In this document: in pieces, positions 23,090-35,644 of the stretch
Layout: each line of letters opens with the position of its first letter
How positions within the stretch are numbered: position 1 is the first letter of the stretch
Origin: Macrostomum lignano
Lineage: Eukaryota
Length of the DNA: 64,000 nt
Direction of reading: 5' to 3'
NCBI GenBank assembly: GCA_002269645.1
Contig: NIVC01000006.1
Span: forward strand, 248,001-312,000
The notes under the pieces: generated by a model
Database searches by the model: none
The model's input: the letters and a program-made list of their open reading frames with translations, nothing else
What the model was told of the DNA's origin: nothing
Made by a program: the position numbers and the translations under genes

Positions 23090-24589
23090 TCTGGGTACTG
23101 GGTAGACCACGGTATGAATTGATAGGTACTGCCAGATATAAATTTAAACGACGCAACTTGAACCTGAATAAGAAGAAAAAACGCTATACAATTAACCTGA
23201 AAATTAGTTAAACTCGTAGACTGACTTACTTACAACATATATGGCTCGAACTCGAACACCTGTCATTTTCGAAGAAAAAATTATTTTATACGCAATACAA
23301 GCTAAAACAAAGCTTCTGTAAAAACATTTTAAATTAAGCTTTATGAGGACAAGTTAGCTCGTTTTCTTTTGCTTAAAAGTTTTGTCATGCCTAAAAGTTA
23401 AAATATACTTCTTATTCAAGTTTTGGCTAGCACTCAACGATTTTTTTAACACGGAAATATGGCACAATATACTTAGATCAGGCCTAAATTACCCGTATTA
23501 CCCGAATTTCCGTTAGCGTAGCTTCCGTGTCGCACTCGCACTGCGACGAATGAGTTGGCGTCAAATCCACTTCTTAAGTTTAGAGGAACTGCAGGGACTG
23601 TACGATTTATACATTTTTTACTAGAACCAGAAGTATACGGTGGTGTACAGTACTGCTGGCTGATCTGTATACCTGTATAAATTTCTTACATAATGATTAC
23701 ATTTGCCAAAATGCAAAATGGGTCAAGCTTTTTTATGAAATGATGTCGATGTTGATGTCTCCTCTCTATTGCCTTCTCCAAAAAGTATACATACTACAGT
23801 AGGCCTGGCCTATAGCTTAAGCTTTTCCAGTGGTGGATTTAAAATTAAAGTGGGATTGGGGCGGCAGCCTGGCTGGCTGGCAATGATCAATGATGGCGAC
23901 TCTTTTCCTTTTAGGGCTGGGCTGAGGGCTGGCAATCCCAATATTATCAATATTCTATAATACTTTGATTTTTGAATTATATAGCATTTATAGACAATTA
24001 TAGCATTTATTGCTAATGGCAATAGCAATGGTTAGGCTTGCCTGAGCTGCCATTCCTTTGGTTTATAATCCTTTTTTATAGACTACATTTTGGTTCATAG
24101 TCTCTGTGTGATTTTCTATTTAAATAAATGATCATAGCTTGCTCCAAAAAAACAAAAATTATTAAACTTATTAAAGGCCTAATAGGGATAGAGCCATAGA
24201 GGTTCTATCCTTTAGAATCCCACTAAATGCCACTAAAACTCTACTAAGTTTTGACTAGAAATAGGACAAATATTTGGAATCAAATTGAATTAAATAAATA
24301 TTTGGTTTGGATTGACATTAGAAAATTGAAATCTGAATATCAAATAGGGATATTATAATTATTATTTTGATATGGAACAAAGATTTGGTACAAGTCAATA
24401 ATTAAGTTAAGAATTGGTATTGTGGCTTATAAATAAAGGAATTAAGGACTAAAAAGTTTGCATTTTAAGAGTTTAGATTGTTTTAGATGTTGTAAGATTG
24501 TGGCTTATAAATGAAAAAAGGAATTTAGGATAGGCCTATGATAATATATATATGGTATATCATACATCTTAAACATACATGCGCAGCCT

Positions 24590-25145
24590 CCAAAATTCAG
24601 TCGGCCATGCGACTTAGTTTTAACAAAAATGCAATGTTGTTTTTGGCCAAAAAATGCAACATATGTAAAAACGCAATTAACACAACTTTGGGTAAATGGC
24701 AAGAGTAACTATGACTTTCTTATAAAGTTAAAATGCCTTGTCAGCTGCTTAGTACTACTACTTGGTGTTTTTTCAGATGGGCATTTTTGCGACTTCTTTG
24801 GTTGGCCACCAAATTGGTCGGCCAGATCGGCTAACTTGGCCGACTGTTGCGCATGTATGGTTACCTATGCAACTTAGTTTTAACAAAAAATGTGATGTAG
24901 TCTTTGGCCAAAAAAGCAATTTATATATAAAAGAAACCCTAGGGCCTAAAGAAAAATTAATGCAACTTTGGGTAAATGGCAAGAGTAGGTCTAACTATGA
25001 TTCTCTTATTTAGGCAAAATGCCTCATTTTTTACTTAGTACTACTTGGGTATTTATTTGGATAGGCATTTTTGCAACTTATCTTTGTTGACCACCAAATT
25101 AATTGGCCACATTTGCTAACTTGGCTGTTTGTTGTGCATGTATAA
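24590..25145. repeat. 280-bp tandem duplication of a dispersed repeat
   Basis: ggtaaatggcaagag at 24691 and 24971 (period 280) with conserved flanks. A related fragment lies near 59900. Confidence 0.75.
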
Positions 25146-25515
25146 TCGTAAGGTAAAGCAAGATGCTTTAGTATTTGCAAGCATATTGACATTGTGCTTA
25201 AAAGATGACAAATAAGTTTGGGTCCTTATTTCTATCTAGACCAATTGGTTCTAGGGATAGTTGAATAAGAATAAATTCAATGTATCTATCAAACTTAACA
25301 TTCAATGGCATATATGATGGTCTACCTAAAAGTTTATGCAATTATACTGCAGTTTAGTGAGTCAGGGAGTCAAAATAGGATCTAATGAATGCAATGGCTT
25401 ATTCCTAGTACTTCCAAAACTTATGTCATGAATGCCATTTATAGCACCTAAATTACTTAAGTATTTCAGAAGTCAGACAATCTTATTAAAGAGCTTATTT
25501 AAACATTGATATTGC

Positions 25516-25790
25516 CAACCCCAGGTCCTCTATGAATTTGGTGGATGCTAGATAAAAGAATTCTACTAAGTTCTACCATTTCTTCAGACATCCACTATGG
25601 ATCTTTTTTTTAGCAGACCACATATAAGCTTAATGTTGCTTTTAGTCTACACATTTTAAGGTCTCCTAGATCTTGGCTTATCAAAGATCAAAGTGCAGCC
25701 ACTCTTCAACCAATCCTACCACTTGTACACAGCACACTAGCATAGTGCATCATTGCCATATGTATCCAACAAGCTGCTAGTAGACTTGTG
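25516..25790 (-). pseudogene. decayed mariner/Tc1 transposase fragment (HTH region)
   Basis: The minus strand translates to YGNDALC*CAVYKW*DWLKSGCTLIFDKPRSRRP and, after frameshifts, SSIHQI.IEDLGL. This resembles the mariner YG.EALS...V..W...F..G...L.D..RSGRP and SVHRIL.EDLG motifs. Multiple stops are present. Confidence 0.5.
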
Positions 25791-27350
25791 CAGCTGGTAT
25801 TTATTGTAGCTATTCTGTTGTTCTATTTAAATGACCCGCTTGTTTTGCTAGTCATCTCCCATAACTACAACATCAGCCAAAGAGAGAAAACAGTGGAAGG
25901 AGAATCATTGTGGTAACAAAAAGAAAAGTGCAAATAGCTCAAATGCACAGGAAATGATTGCTGCTAGCCTCAGGGCTGCTATATTGATAGCTGTAGCCAC
26001 TAGAAAGATGTCTGTGGTAGAAATGGATCAATTGCATGAACTTTTGGGATGCCCTTTGTATTTGTACTAGCCTACCAAGAATCCTAGATCATGCAGTTGC
26101 AATAAGTGTTCAAGTCACATTAAATCCCATTTTAGTAAATGGACATGCCAACTTCTTACTGACTATTTATGTTCTTAAAATAATATTTAATTCTATAATT
26201 ATACTAGTATAATTTTGTACATGACACAATTTATCATTTTATTAAAAAAATTAGCCCGGGTAATTTACATTGTTGGACATATAAACACAATTTTAGGATG
26301 GCATGAAAAAATAGCCCTTCTTTATTCATATCACTGAACCACTGACATTTGCTTTAGACAATATGATGCTCAAATATAAATAACTTCTTTTTATAGTTTA
26401 GCTTCAATTTATCATTGATAATTTTATTGAAAAGTTATTCATTTGTAAAAAGTCTAGGCATACTTTTTATTCAAATTTGCTTTTCCTATGCATATTAGCA
26501 AGTCATAGGATTATTATTGAAGTCTCTAATATTAAATTTAAATTTTTATACTATTGTCTTATTATCTTTAATCATTTCTAGGTTAGGCTAACAATTAAAA
26601 TAAATTCTTATGATCTTGCATAGCTACATATAATACCTAGGATCAGAATTTGCCTATGCACTTGTATAGTGTCTACATTTTTTAGATTTTCTCCAATAGC
26701 AGCTAAGATGAAAGAAGATGCAATATTTTAACTTAAAGACTTAAAGACTTATTTCTAAGTTGACTATCATTTATACCATTATGCACCCTCTATGCCTTAT
26801 CCTATTTACTATTAAAATCCTAGTATAAATAAACTAAATGCCATTATTTTTTTAATCTATCCTTGTGCAAGTTCATACAAAATCAATTATTGTGATATAA
26901 CCATAGGAGATAGTTTACATTGTATTTAATAATATCAGGGGTATAGTTTGCTATGTATATATATAGTTTTTTCAATCTAATAGTAGCTAATAATATTTAA
27001 ATTGTAGTCTCTTTATTGCTTTTAATTAAAAGATGATGTTTTTTAAAACAATCTTTATCAAAAATTTAAGTCCTCAAAGCTTCCTATCTAGTGTTTAAAA
27101 ATCTACTAATATCATATTCAACCCATCATTTTTAATTAAGCCTAACCTTTGTACCTGTATTTATACTATATAAATGTGGGTGCACTGGTAGCTATATGCA
27201 CAATCTGAATTTTACCTAGCTGGTGCAGTGTTGTTTTCTATAATAATTTGACAGTTGTATGTAAAGAGCCATATTCTTGTAAGAATTGTTCCAAAATTTC
27301 AGCTATAATTTAATAAGCTCTTATTTCTAACAAACTGTTCATGCAGTACA

Positions 27351-27956
27351 ATGGCGGCCAGCGTGCCAAAGTGTCCGCCACATCAGTACTACTATGAGCT
27401 CAGTAAAATGTGCGACAATTGTCCTGAGAAATGTTTGTCTGGTAGTTCAACACCAGAGTGTGAGAGACTGTGGTCTGGCGACTTCTGCCATCCCATCAGT
27501 TCGTCGAGTTTGCCAGTTAAGATGTCCACCAGCTCCCCCAGCCTGGTAACTGGCAATTCCAGTTTAATTACTAACGAGTCCATTTCCAAGACTGGCCCGA
27601 TTGTTGCTGTTGCGGTGTTCAGCGTGATTGCATTGGTCGCAATTGTTGCGGCAATAGTTGCGCTTGTCTGTCGGCACCGGCATCGACAGCGTAAGGCGAA
27701 TGAACAGGTGGACCTGCAAACTACTGATGGCGATCGGGCGGAAGAGGCTGAGAGTCTCAATCCGAACGGACACGCGCCAACTGGCCAGCCAACCACTTCT
27801 TCTCAGCAGCAGACGAAATATCCGGAGGTCCAGCCTCCACAGCCAGACCCAATGAAGGTCACCGGTGTGACAAAAACCAATCCGCCAACATCATTGGAAA
27901 TTGACAGCCAGCCACAGGACTCCACCGCCAGCACCATTGGAAACTCCCAAATCTGA
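27351..27956 (+). CDS. single-CRD TNF-receptor-like membrane protein (BCMA/TACI-type Cys spacing), 201 aa
   Basis: CRD C-x12-C-x2-C-x3-C-x8-C-x8-C, Ser/Thr stalk, TM helix IVAVAVFSVIALVAIVAAIVALVC, basic stop-transfer RHRHRQRK and a Pro/Gln/Thr-rich tail. No signal peptide in this ORF. Confidence 0.7.
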   Translation: MAASVPKCPPHQYYYELSKMCDNCPEKCLSGSSTPECERLWSGDFCHPISSSSLPVKMSTSSPSLVTGNSSLITNESISKTGPIVAVAVFSVIALVAIVAAIVALVCRHRHRQRKANEQVDLQTTDGDRAEEAESLNPNGHAPTGQPTTSSQQQTKYPEVQPPQPDPMKVTGVTKTNPPTSLEIDSQPQDSTASTIGNSQI

Positions 27957-28556
27957 ATTCTAAGGAAGCTAAAGAGTGAAGAAGCACTTTAATAAAATTT
28001 CTTATTCTCGTCTCATCCTACATTCGTAAATCATGTATGTCAATTTGCAAAAATCCACAAATTCTTTCGTCCGAGGTGAATTAAAAAGTTTTTTTAGCTA
28101 TAACGATTCTATTTAGGACAGCTGTCTTTTGGCGAAGTGTCAGCTGTTTCTTGATCTTATCTGCTTAGTGTGTTTCATTCTAAACAGTCAGTGGCAAAAA
28201 CCCTATAAAGAAAATACCTTTCAAACAAAATATTGTTGATCTGGCGAACACTCAATTCTAATCATGCATTGGATAAATAATCAGCGGTCCCAGTGCGTGA
28301 CAACGATTTGCCATCTGCGAACACAGTTGTCACGCACTGCGACCGCTGATTCTTTGCATTGTTTTTCTGTTTGACGATCCTACAGACAATGCATTGTTTG
28401 TAGTAATGGATTGTTGTGCATTAAAAATGTGAATAATGATCGTCAAATTGCTAAACAATGGCGCAGCCATATTTTGCCAGCTGTCTATGGCACAGACTGG
28501 GGCCAGGCCAGAAAGAAATTTAATCCTGCGGGCGGACATATCATTTTAATGAGTCT

Positions 28557-28694
28557 GTAGACAGAGACAGGCAGACACAGACAGACAGGCAGACAGACCG
28601 GCAGGCAGACAGACAGACAGACAGGCAGACAGACAGACAGACAGACACACACGCAGACCGGCAGGCAGACAGACAGACACGCAGACCGGCAGGC

Positions 28695-28731
<37 letters not shown>

Positions 28732-28982
28732 CGCAGACCGGCAGGCAGACAGACAGACACGCAGACCGGCAGGCAGACAGACAGACAGGCAGACAGACAG
28801 ACAGACAGACACGCAGACCGGCAGGCAGACAGACAGACAGGCAGACAGACAGACACGCAGACAGACAGACAGACAGACACGCAGACAGACAGACAGGCAG
28901 ACAGACAGACAGGCAGACAGACAGACAGACAGACAGACACGCAGACCGGCAGGCAGACAGACAGACACGCAGACCGGCAGGC

Positions 28983-29015
<33 letters not shown>

Positions 29016-29202
29016 CGCAGACCGGCAGGCAGACAGACAGACACGCAGACCGGCAGGCAGACAGACAGACAGGCAGACAGACAGACAGACAGACACGCAG
29101 ACCGGCAGGCAGACAGACAGACACGCAGATCGGCAGGCAGACAGACAGACAGACAGACACGCAGACCGGCAGGCAGACAGACAGACACGCAGACCGGCAG
29201 GC

Positions 29203-29243
<41 letters not shown>

Positions 29244-29434
29244 CGCAGACCGGCAGGCAGACAGACAGACACGCAGACCGGCAGGCAGACAGACAGACAG
29301 GCAGACAGACAGACAGACAGACACGCAGACCGGCAGGCAGACAGACAGACACGCAGACCGGCAGGCAGACAGACAGACACGCAGACCGGCAGGCAGACAG
29401 ACAGACAGACAGACAGACACGCAGACCGGCAGGC

Positions 29435-29467
<33 letters not shown>

Positions 29468-30080
29468 CGCAGACCGGCAGGCAGACAGACAGACAGGCAG
29501 GCAGACAGACAGACAGGCAGACAGACAGACAGACAGACACGCAGACCGGCAGGCAGACAGGCAGACAGACAGACAGACAGACACGCAGACCGGCAGGCAG
29601 ACAGACAGACACGCAGACCGGCAGGCAGACAGACAGACACGCAGACAGACAGGCAGACAGACAGACACGCAGACAGACAGGCAGACAGACAGACACGCAG
29701 ACAGACAGGCAGACAGACAGACAGACAGACAGACAGACACGCAGACCGGCAGGCAGACAGACAGACACGCAGACCGGCAGGCAGACAGACAGACACGCAG
29801 ACAGACAGGCAGACAGACAGACACGCAGACAGACAGGCAGACAGACAGACACGCAGACAGACAGGCAGGCAGACAGACAGACAGACAGACACGCAGACCG
29901 GCAGGCAGACAGACAGACACGCAGACCGGCAGGCAGACAGACAGACAGACAGACACGCAGACCGGCAGGCAGACAGACAGACACGCAGACCGGCAGGCAG
30001 ACAGACAGACACGCAGACAGACAGGCAGACAGACAGACACGCAGACAGACAGGCAGACAGACAGACACGCAGACACAGAC
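28557..30080. repeat. (CAGA)n-derived compound minisatellite with acgcagaccggcaggcag motif
   Basis: 1.5 kb of acag/gcag tetramers interrupted by a recurring acacgcagaccggcaggcag block. Confidence 0.97.
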
Positions 30081-30520
30081 AATGAAGGCAATGTAAAACC
30101 TTGAAAAGAAGCTTTTGCAAAAAATGGATACCCCGTTTTTTTATTTGACAGCAAATGCCTGACCTCAAAGGAAATTTGCAAGTGCAGCTTGAGTCCATCA
30201 GGCTTCATTTGATTTCATTCATAGATTTTAAAGATCACTGTAAGTAAAATGACATACCAACTCAAAATTAGGACAATTTCAATTTGAAAACTCTGTGGCT
30301 AAAGGCCGTTTGATCGCAAATTTATTTTTATGATGCTTTTTAGCGAGTTTAGGCCTTGTAAAATGTAATTTCATAATAAAACTGGTACAGCTAGAGTATT
30401 ATTATCATAAATAATAGTTTCTAAACCGCCTCATGCTGTCGAGTTCTTTATTTTTAAGTATCGGTGAACAAGAGTGACAAGTGACTTCACAACTTTACTT
30501 GTTTGTATTTTTGTCCGTAT

Positions 30521-31225
30521 CAAGGAATAGGGACTGTCTGTCAGGACTCAGGGAATGGGGACTGTCTGTATCAGGGAATAGGGGGTGTCTGTGTCAGGGA
30601 ATAGGGGGTGTCTGTATCAGGGAATGGGGACTGTCTGTATCAGGGAATAGGGACTGTCTGTATCAGGGAATAAGGGGTGTCTGTATCAGGGAATAGGGGG
30701 TGTCTGTATCAGGGAATAAGGGGTGTCCGTGTCAGGGAATAGGGGGTGTCTGTATCAGGGAATAGGGGGTGTCCGTGTCAGGGAATAGGGGGTGTCTGTA
30801 TCAGGGAATAAGGGGTGTCCGTGTCAGGGAATAGGGGGTGGCTGTATCAGGGAATAGGGACTGTCTGTATCAGGGAATAGGGACTGTCTGTATCAGGGAA
30901 TAGGGACTGTCTGTATCAGGGAATAGGGGGTGTCTGTATCAGGGAATAGGGGGTGGCTGTATCAGGGAATAGGGACTGTCTGTATCAGGGAATAGGGGGT
31001 GTCTGTATCAGGGAATAGGGGGTGGCTGTATCAGGGAATAGGGACTGTCTGTATCAGGGAATAGGGGGTGTCTGTATCAGGGAATAGGGGGTGGCTGTAT
31101 CAGGGAATAGGGACTGTCTGTATCAGGGAATAGGGGGTGTCTGTATCAGGGAATAGGGACTGTCTGTATCAGGGAATAGGGGGTGTTTGTATCAGGGAAT
31201 AGGGGTGGCTGTATAAGGGAATAGG
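30521..31225. repeat. ~23-bp minisatellite (tcagggaatagggggtgtctgta), ~30 copies
   Basis: Direct tandem units ending about 60 bp upstream of the splice acceptor at 31284. Confidence 0.96.
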
Positions 31226-31284
31226 AAGTGTTTGCAAAATGTTATTGAGCTTCAAACATATGCAAACTTTGTTCCCGCTTTCAG

Positions 31285-32013
31285 AAGTGGCAGTTTTGTC
31301 TCCTGTTGCTGGGTTGCTCAGTCTCTGTGTCCGCACGGAGGGACTGCCAGCCAGACGAATACTTTAACAAAATCACTTATTTGTGCGATAAATGCCCGCC
31401 AGAATGTCTGAAAGCTGGTCCCGCACCTGACATTTGCGAACAGAAACGTGCAAATGGGTATTGCTTGGCTCTGATTGCCAGCACTACAACAGCATCAGGT
31501 AGCGATGCCAGCTCGACTCAATCATCCAGTTCTACTGGCGGAGAATCTAAAAATATCGAACTAATTGCTTTGTTAGCATTCTTTATCGTCGTATTTACTG
31601 CTGTTGTCGTTTGGATCGCGTATACTCAACTAAATCGATGTAGAAGTAACAGTCAAGCCGATAATAGCACCCCAGATTCTTCTGATACAACAGGCGGAGC
31701 TAGCATTCCCCTACTGCCTCAGAATCCAGATTCAGAACCAACTGCACCTCCCAATGATACTGGAGGTAATAATGCTCAACCTAGCGATGTCGAAAATCCT
31801 GGCGGCGAAGGGGGCGCTGAGGCTCCTGGCAACGACGATCAGAAGACCTCCGATAAAGCTGGCACGTCTTCAAACGGAATGTCAGCGGAAGCTACGGACA
31901 ATGATGGCGGCGGAGCTTCTTCCTCCCCGCAACCGCCCAGCGATCGGGGAAATCAAGTTGTTGATGTTATGAATCGTAAGGACGAAGGATATCGCGAGCC
32001 CAAGCCGAACTAA
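31285..32013 (+). CDS. second single-CRD TNF-receptor-like membrane protein (main exon; start exon not located)
   Basis: Acceptor ctttcag| at 31284 opens KWQFCLLLLGCSVSVSA (signal-peptide-like). CRD C-x12-C-x2-C-x3-C-x9-C-x8-C, S/T stalk, TM LIALLAFFIVVFTAVVVWIAY and a disordered tail, with stop at 32011-32013. Confidence 0.7.
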   Translation, partial: KWQFCLLLLGCSVSVSARRDCQPDEYFNKITYLCDKCPPECLKAGPAPDICEQKRANGYCLALIASTTTASGSDASSTQSSSSTGGESKNIELIALLAFFIVVFTAVVVWIAYTQLNRCRSNSQADNSTPDSSDTTGGASIPLLPQNPDSEPTAPPNDTGGNNAQPSDVENPGGEGGAEAPGNDDQKTSDKAGTSSNGMSAEATDNDGGGASSSPQPPSDRGNQVVDVMNRKDEGYREPKPN

Positions 32014-33288
32014 ATTTGAGCTTCTTAAAGATTCATCACTAAAAGTTTGTGACAAATTAGTCTCAGAATGGAAGCGGTGTGCAGGAGCTTTGCTGTCAGG
32101 TCCGATCTGTCTATGACTGACTAGACTCCATTGCGTTTCTATGTTAGACTAGCTTTAATATTTTCATGTATGATTGAATTGTTTGCTAACTTTGCCTGTG
32201 TTGTCCTGGCAGCATTAACTCAATTATATTAAAAATGACACGCTCAATGTCTTGCGGATCAGTTACGAAAGGCTTTCGGGATTAAGTTGACATACCCTTG
32301 GAATATAAGATTAGATGTAACCAGATGTCTTAGCTTACATCTATCTCGATGTAGCCTACGTCTTTGTCTAAGTCTATCTCCATGTGGCTTTTAGTCTAAA
32401 CCTAGGACAGGAGAATGGGGTTTTTAGGGTAGGCAGGATTCCTGATCACGGATCACTTCATTTCTGACACTTGGTGCCGATTCTTTCATCGAATTATCTC
32501 TGGCTTTGTTGTCTATGGCCTGACCTGACAGTTAATTTGAGACAAATTTTAAACTTTTTAAGCCAAATCTATTTTTGTTACTTTGTAAGTACAGCCTTTG
32601 TGTTTTATTCTAGGAATGTTCTCACCCATTTATTTAAAAAAAACTTTTAATTTTAAAATTTTAGCTGAAAAAATCTATTGTGGCCAATTTGTTGTCTTTC
32701 TACAATATCAATGATGTTAACATTTGTATCAAGCAACAAATGCTAAAAATTAAAAGCTATTGTTTCTTATTCAATAATTTTTTTATTGCCCAATTGCCCA
32801 ATCGGTGACTAAAAGTTTGCTCATTATCTTAAATTTTATTTTTACTTGCCAAATGTCAAAGGCGCCAATACTCGATAGCTTCCTGTGTTACAAATATTTC
32901 AGAATTCTTGAGTGCATTACTCGTAGTAGTATCTTTTGCTCATGTATATTAGCTTTATTGTAAATGACATTATTCTTATCCAGTAATAGGCTTAGTTAGC
33001 TGTTTATTCATTCGAGGCTAAGAGCCTTTTAAATATACATGCCTTTTACATGCCTTTGTTTTAAGGTGTTAATGTTTTGCCTATGCTTATGTACATTTAA
33101 ATATTACAGATGTTCCACATATCTGAAAGTATGACCTACTTGTTTAATTCTATTTGAGTTTAAAACTAATACAATTATTTTTGTTAAAAATACGATAAAA
33201 CATGCTAAAAATATTGAAGACAATACTTGCACACATTTTGTTTCGATCTGTTGGTTCTTTTTTGTACAGTTTATGCTGATTAAGTACT

Positions 33289-33780
33289 GGCTCAGCTACC
33301 CCATATCCTGAAGCTTTAGCGGCTCAGCTACCCCATATCCTGAAGCTTCAGCGGCTCAGCTACCCCATATCCTGAAGCTTCAGCGGCTCAGCTACCCCAT
33401 CTCCTGAAGCTTCAGGGCCTCAGCTACCCCATCTCCTGAAGCTTCAGGCCTCAGCTACCCCATCTCCTAAAGCTTCAGGGCCTCAGCTACCCCATCTTCT
33501 GAAGCTTCAGGGGCTCAGCTACCCCATCTCCTGAAGCTTCAAGGCCTCAGCTACCCCATATCCTGAAGCCTCAGTGGCTTAGCTGCCCCATCTACTGAAG
33601 TTTCAGGGGCTCAGCTACCCCATCTCCTGAAGCTTCAGGGGCTCAGCTACCCCATCTCCTGAAGCTTCAGGGGCTCAGCTACCCCATCTCCTGAAGCTTC
33701 AGTGGCTCAGCTACCCCATCTCCTGAAGCTTCAGGGGCTCAGCTACCCCATCTCCTGAAGCTTCAGCGGCTCAGCTGCCC
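33289..33780. repeat. 32-bp minisatellite (ctcagctaccccatctcctgaagcttcagggg), ~15 copies
   Basis: Direct tandem units with period 32 (33291, 33323...). Confidence 0.96.
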
Positions 33781-34306
33781 CACGAACGTACATTGTTTTT
33801 GTATTGGAATCGACATTTAAAAGAAAAAATTCGGTCAGCGCATCCTACCCTACAGCCAGCCAATGTTCGGCAGTAAGTTTTCATCCCATAGGCATTAGGG
33901 GCTATTTCTATCTGTTTATCTGCACACAGCAGTACGCGGTTCGCCAGCATGCCAGCAAACTCCCCAGATCCAACGTGCAATACAGCTGCGCCGATCATGC
34001 CTGTACACTGCGCACCAGAATTGTCTGCCACGTGTCCAGCGCGTGCTCGGTTCGCCCCTGAACCCCCCGCCCCCCGCTGCGCTCCACATGCACTGGGGCT
34101 ATTAAGGTGCAGCAGGCCTTGAAGCCTTCCTTTCCTTCTTGCCTTTGTCAATTCAACTGGCTGTTTGCTTATCTTTTCAAAGCTGCGTCCATTTATATAC
34201 ACTGTTGTGTCTTGGTTATTAAACCCCTATGCTAGTATAAGTTTTGCACGCAAGATTTGCACTACGTTAACTGCTGTTACCCTTAATGCATTCGATTTCA
34301 AAACTC

Positions 34307-35644
34307 ATGGAAGCAGCGGTCAAGACTGTCTGTCTTGGTCGGACTTTTGCCTGTGCGAGTAGCATTGCTTCTTCGCGTAGTCAACGCTGCGGATTCAATA
34401 GTGCCGCAGGTGAGAGTTACATGTGTGTGTAGTATCGTTACATGTTGGATGCCAGCCATCACGCGGTTCTAATGTGCATGTGGTGTAGCAGTCTTTTGTT
34501 GAGCCTGACCGCTTCAGGACACTCAGTTTGTAGCGCTTCAGGACACTCAGTTTATAGCGCTTCAAGATACTCAGTTTATAGCGCTTCAATATACTCAGTT
34601 TATAGCGCTTCAATATACTCAGTTTATAGCGCTTCAAGATACTCAGTTTATAGCGCTTCAAGATACTCAGTTTATAGCGCTTCAAGATACTCAGTTTATA
34701 GCGCTTCAAGATACTCAGTTTATAGCGCTTCAAGATACTCAGTTTATAGCGCTTCAAGATACTCAGTTTATAGCGCTTCAAGATACTCAGTTTATAGCGC
34801 TTCAAGATACTCAGTTTATAGCGCTTCAAGATACTCAGTTTATAGCGCTTCAGGACATTCAGTTTATAGCGCTTCAGTATACTCAGTTTATAGCGCTTCA
34901 GGACATTCAGTTTATAGCGCTTCAGTATACTCAGTTTATAGCGCTTCAGGACATTCAGTTTATAGCGCTTCAGGACATTCAGTTTATAGCGCTTCAGGAC
35001 ATTCAGTGCATGACTAATCTGACATACATGTAGATTATATGACAGACAAACAGGTGGTGTACATGAGCTATACACGATGTACATGTGATGTGATGTGATG
35101 TACACCCTGACACACCGATACAACCGCTGTAACCTCAGAAGATTCAGCAGTACACAATAGCAACAACAACAATAGCAGCAGCGGCGGCAGCAGCGACCAC
35201 CTCGGCGCCGACCCCTCGCTGGTGTCGCAGTCCCTCGCGGCAGCCCGCCGAGTCCTCAGCGGCGCCTACAGCAGGCAGACGCTGCTGAACAGCAGCTCGG
35301 GCAGTCCGGACTTCTCCGTGCACGAATTCCAGCTGGTCGCCAGCTGCTGCATCTACGGCAATCAGCGCTGGCGAAACTTCACCATCGTCTGCACCGGCGG
35401 CCAGTGCGGTGTCGAACTCCTGACCAAGGAGTTCCAGCCGCCCGGCTCCGGACAGATGGTGTCGCTGACTGCTGGCAAGTCGGTGAGCATCCCAGCTGGG
35501 CAGCCGTACTACCTCTGCGGCCACGGCGGGCTGGCGACCCGGTCCCGCCTGCTGCTGGTGTCGGTGCCGGCTCTACAGGACTGCGAGCTGCAGGACATTG
35601 ATGGCAGCTACCCAGCACCGCCCGCTGTGCCGCCGGTTAACTGA
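34307..35644 (+). CDS. predicted 202-aa protein with cupin-like C-terminal region (weakly like the mannose-6-phosphate isomerase C-terminal barrel)
   Basis: Exons 34307-34409 (donor g|gtgaga) and 35139-35644 (acceptor ctcag|), phase 1 compatible. The second exon is GC-rich and coding-like, with PDFSVHEFQL..IVCTGG..VSLTAGKSVSIPAGQPYYL. The homology is recalled by eye only. Confidence 0.55.
34505..35010. repeat. 24-bp minisatellite (tcagtttatagcgcttcaagatac), ~21 copies, intronic
   Basis: Direct tandem units filling most of the predicted intron 34410-35138. Confidence 0.97.

Noticed and set aside
28485-30208. Three 527-555 aa ORFs on the minus strand
   Set aside because: Translations of the (TCTG)n compound repeat in all three frames; no coding signal.
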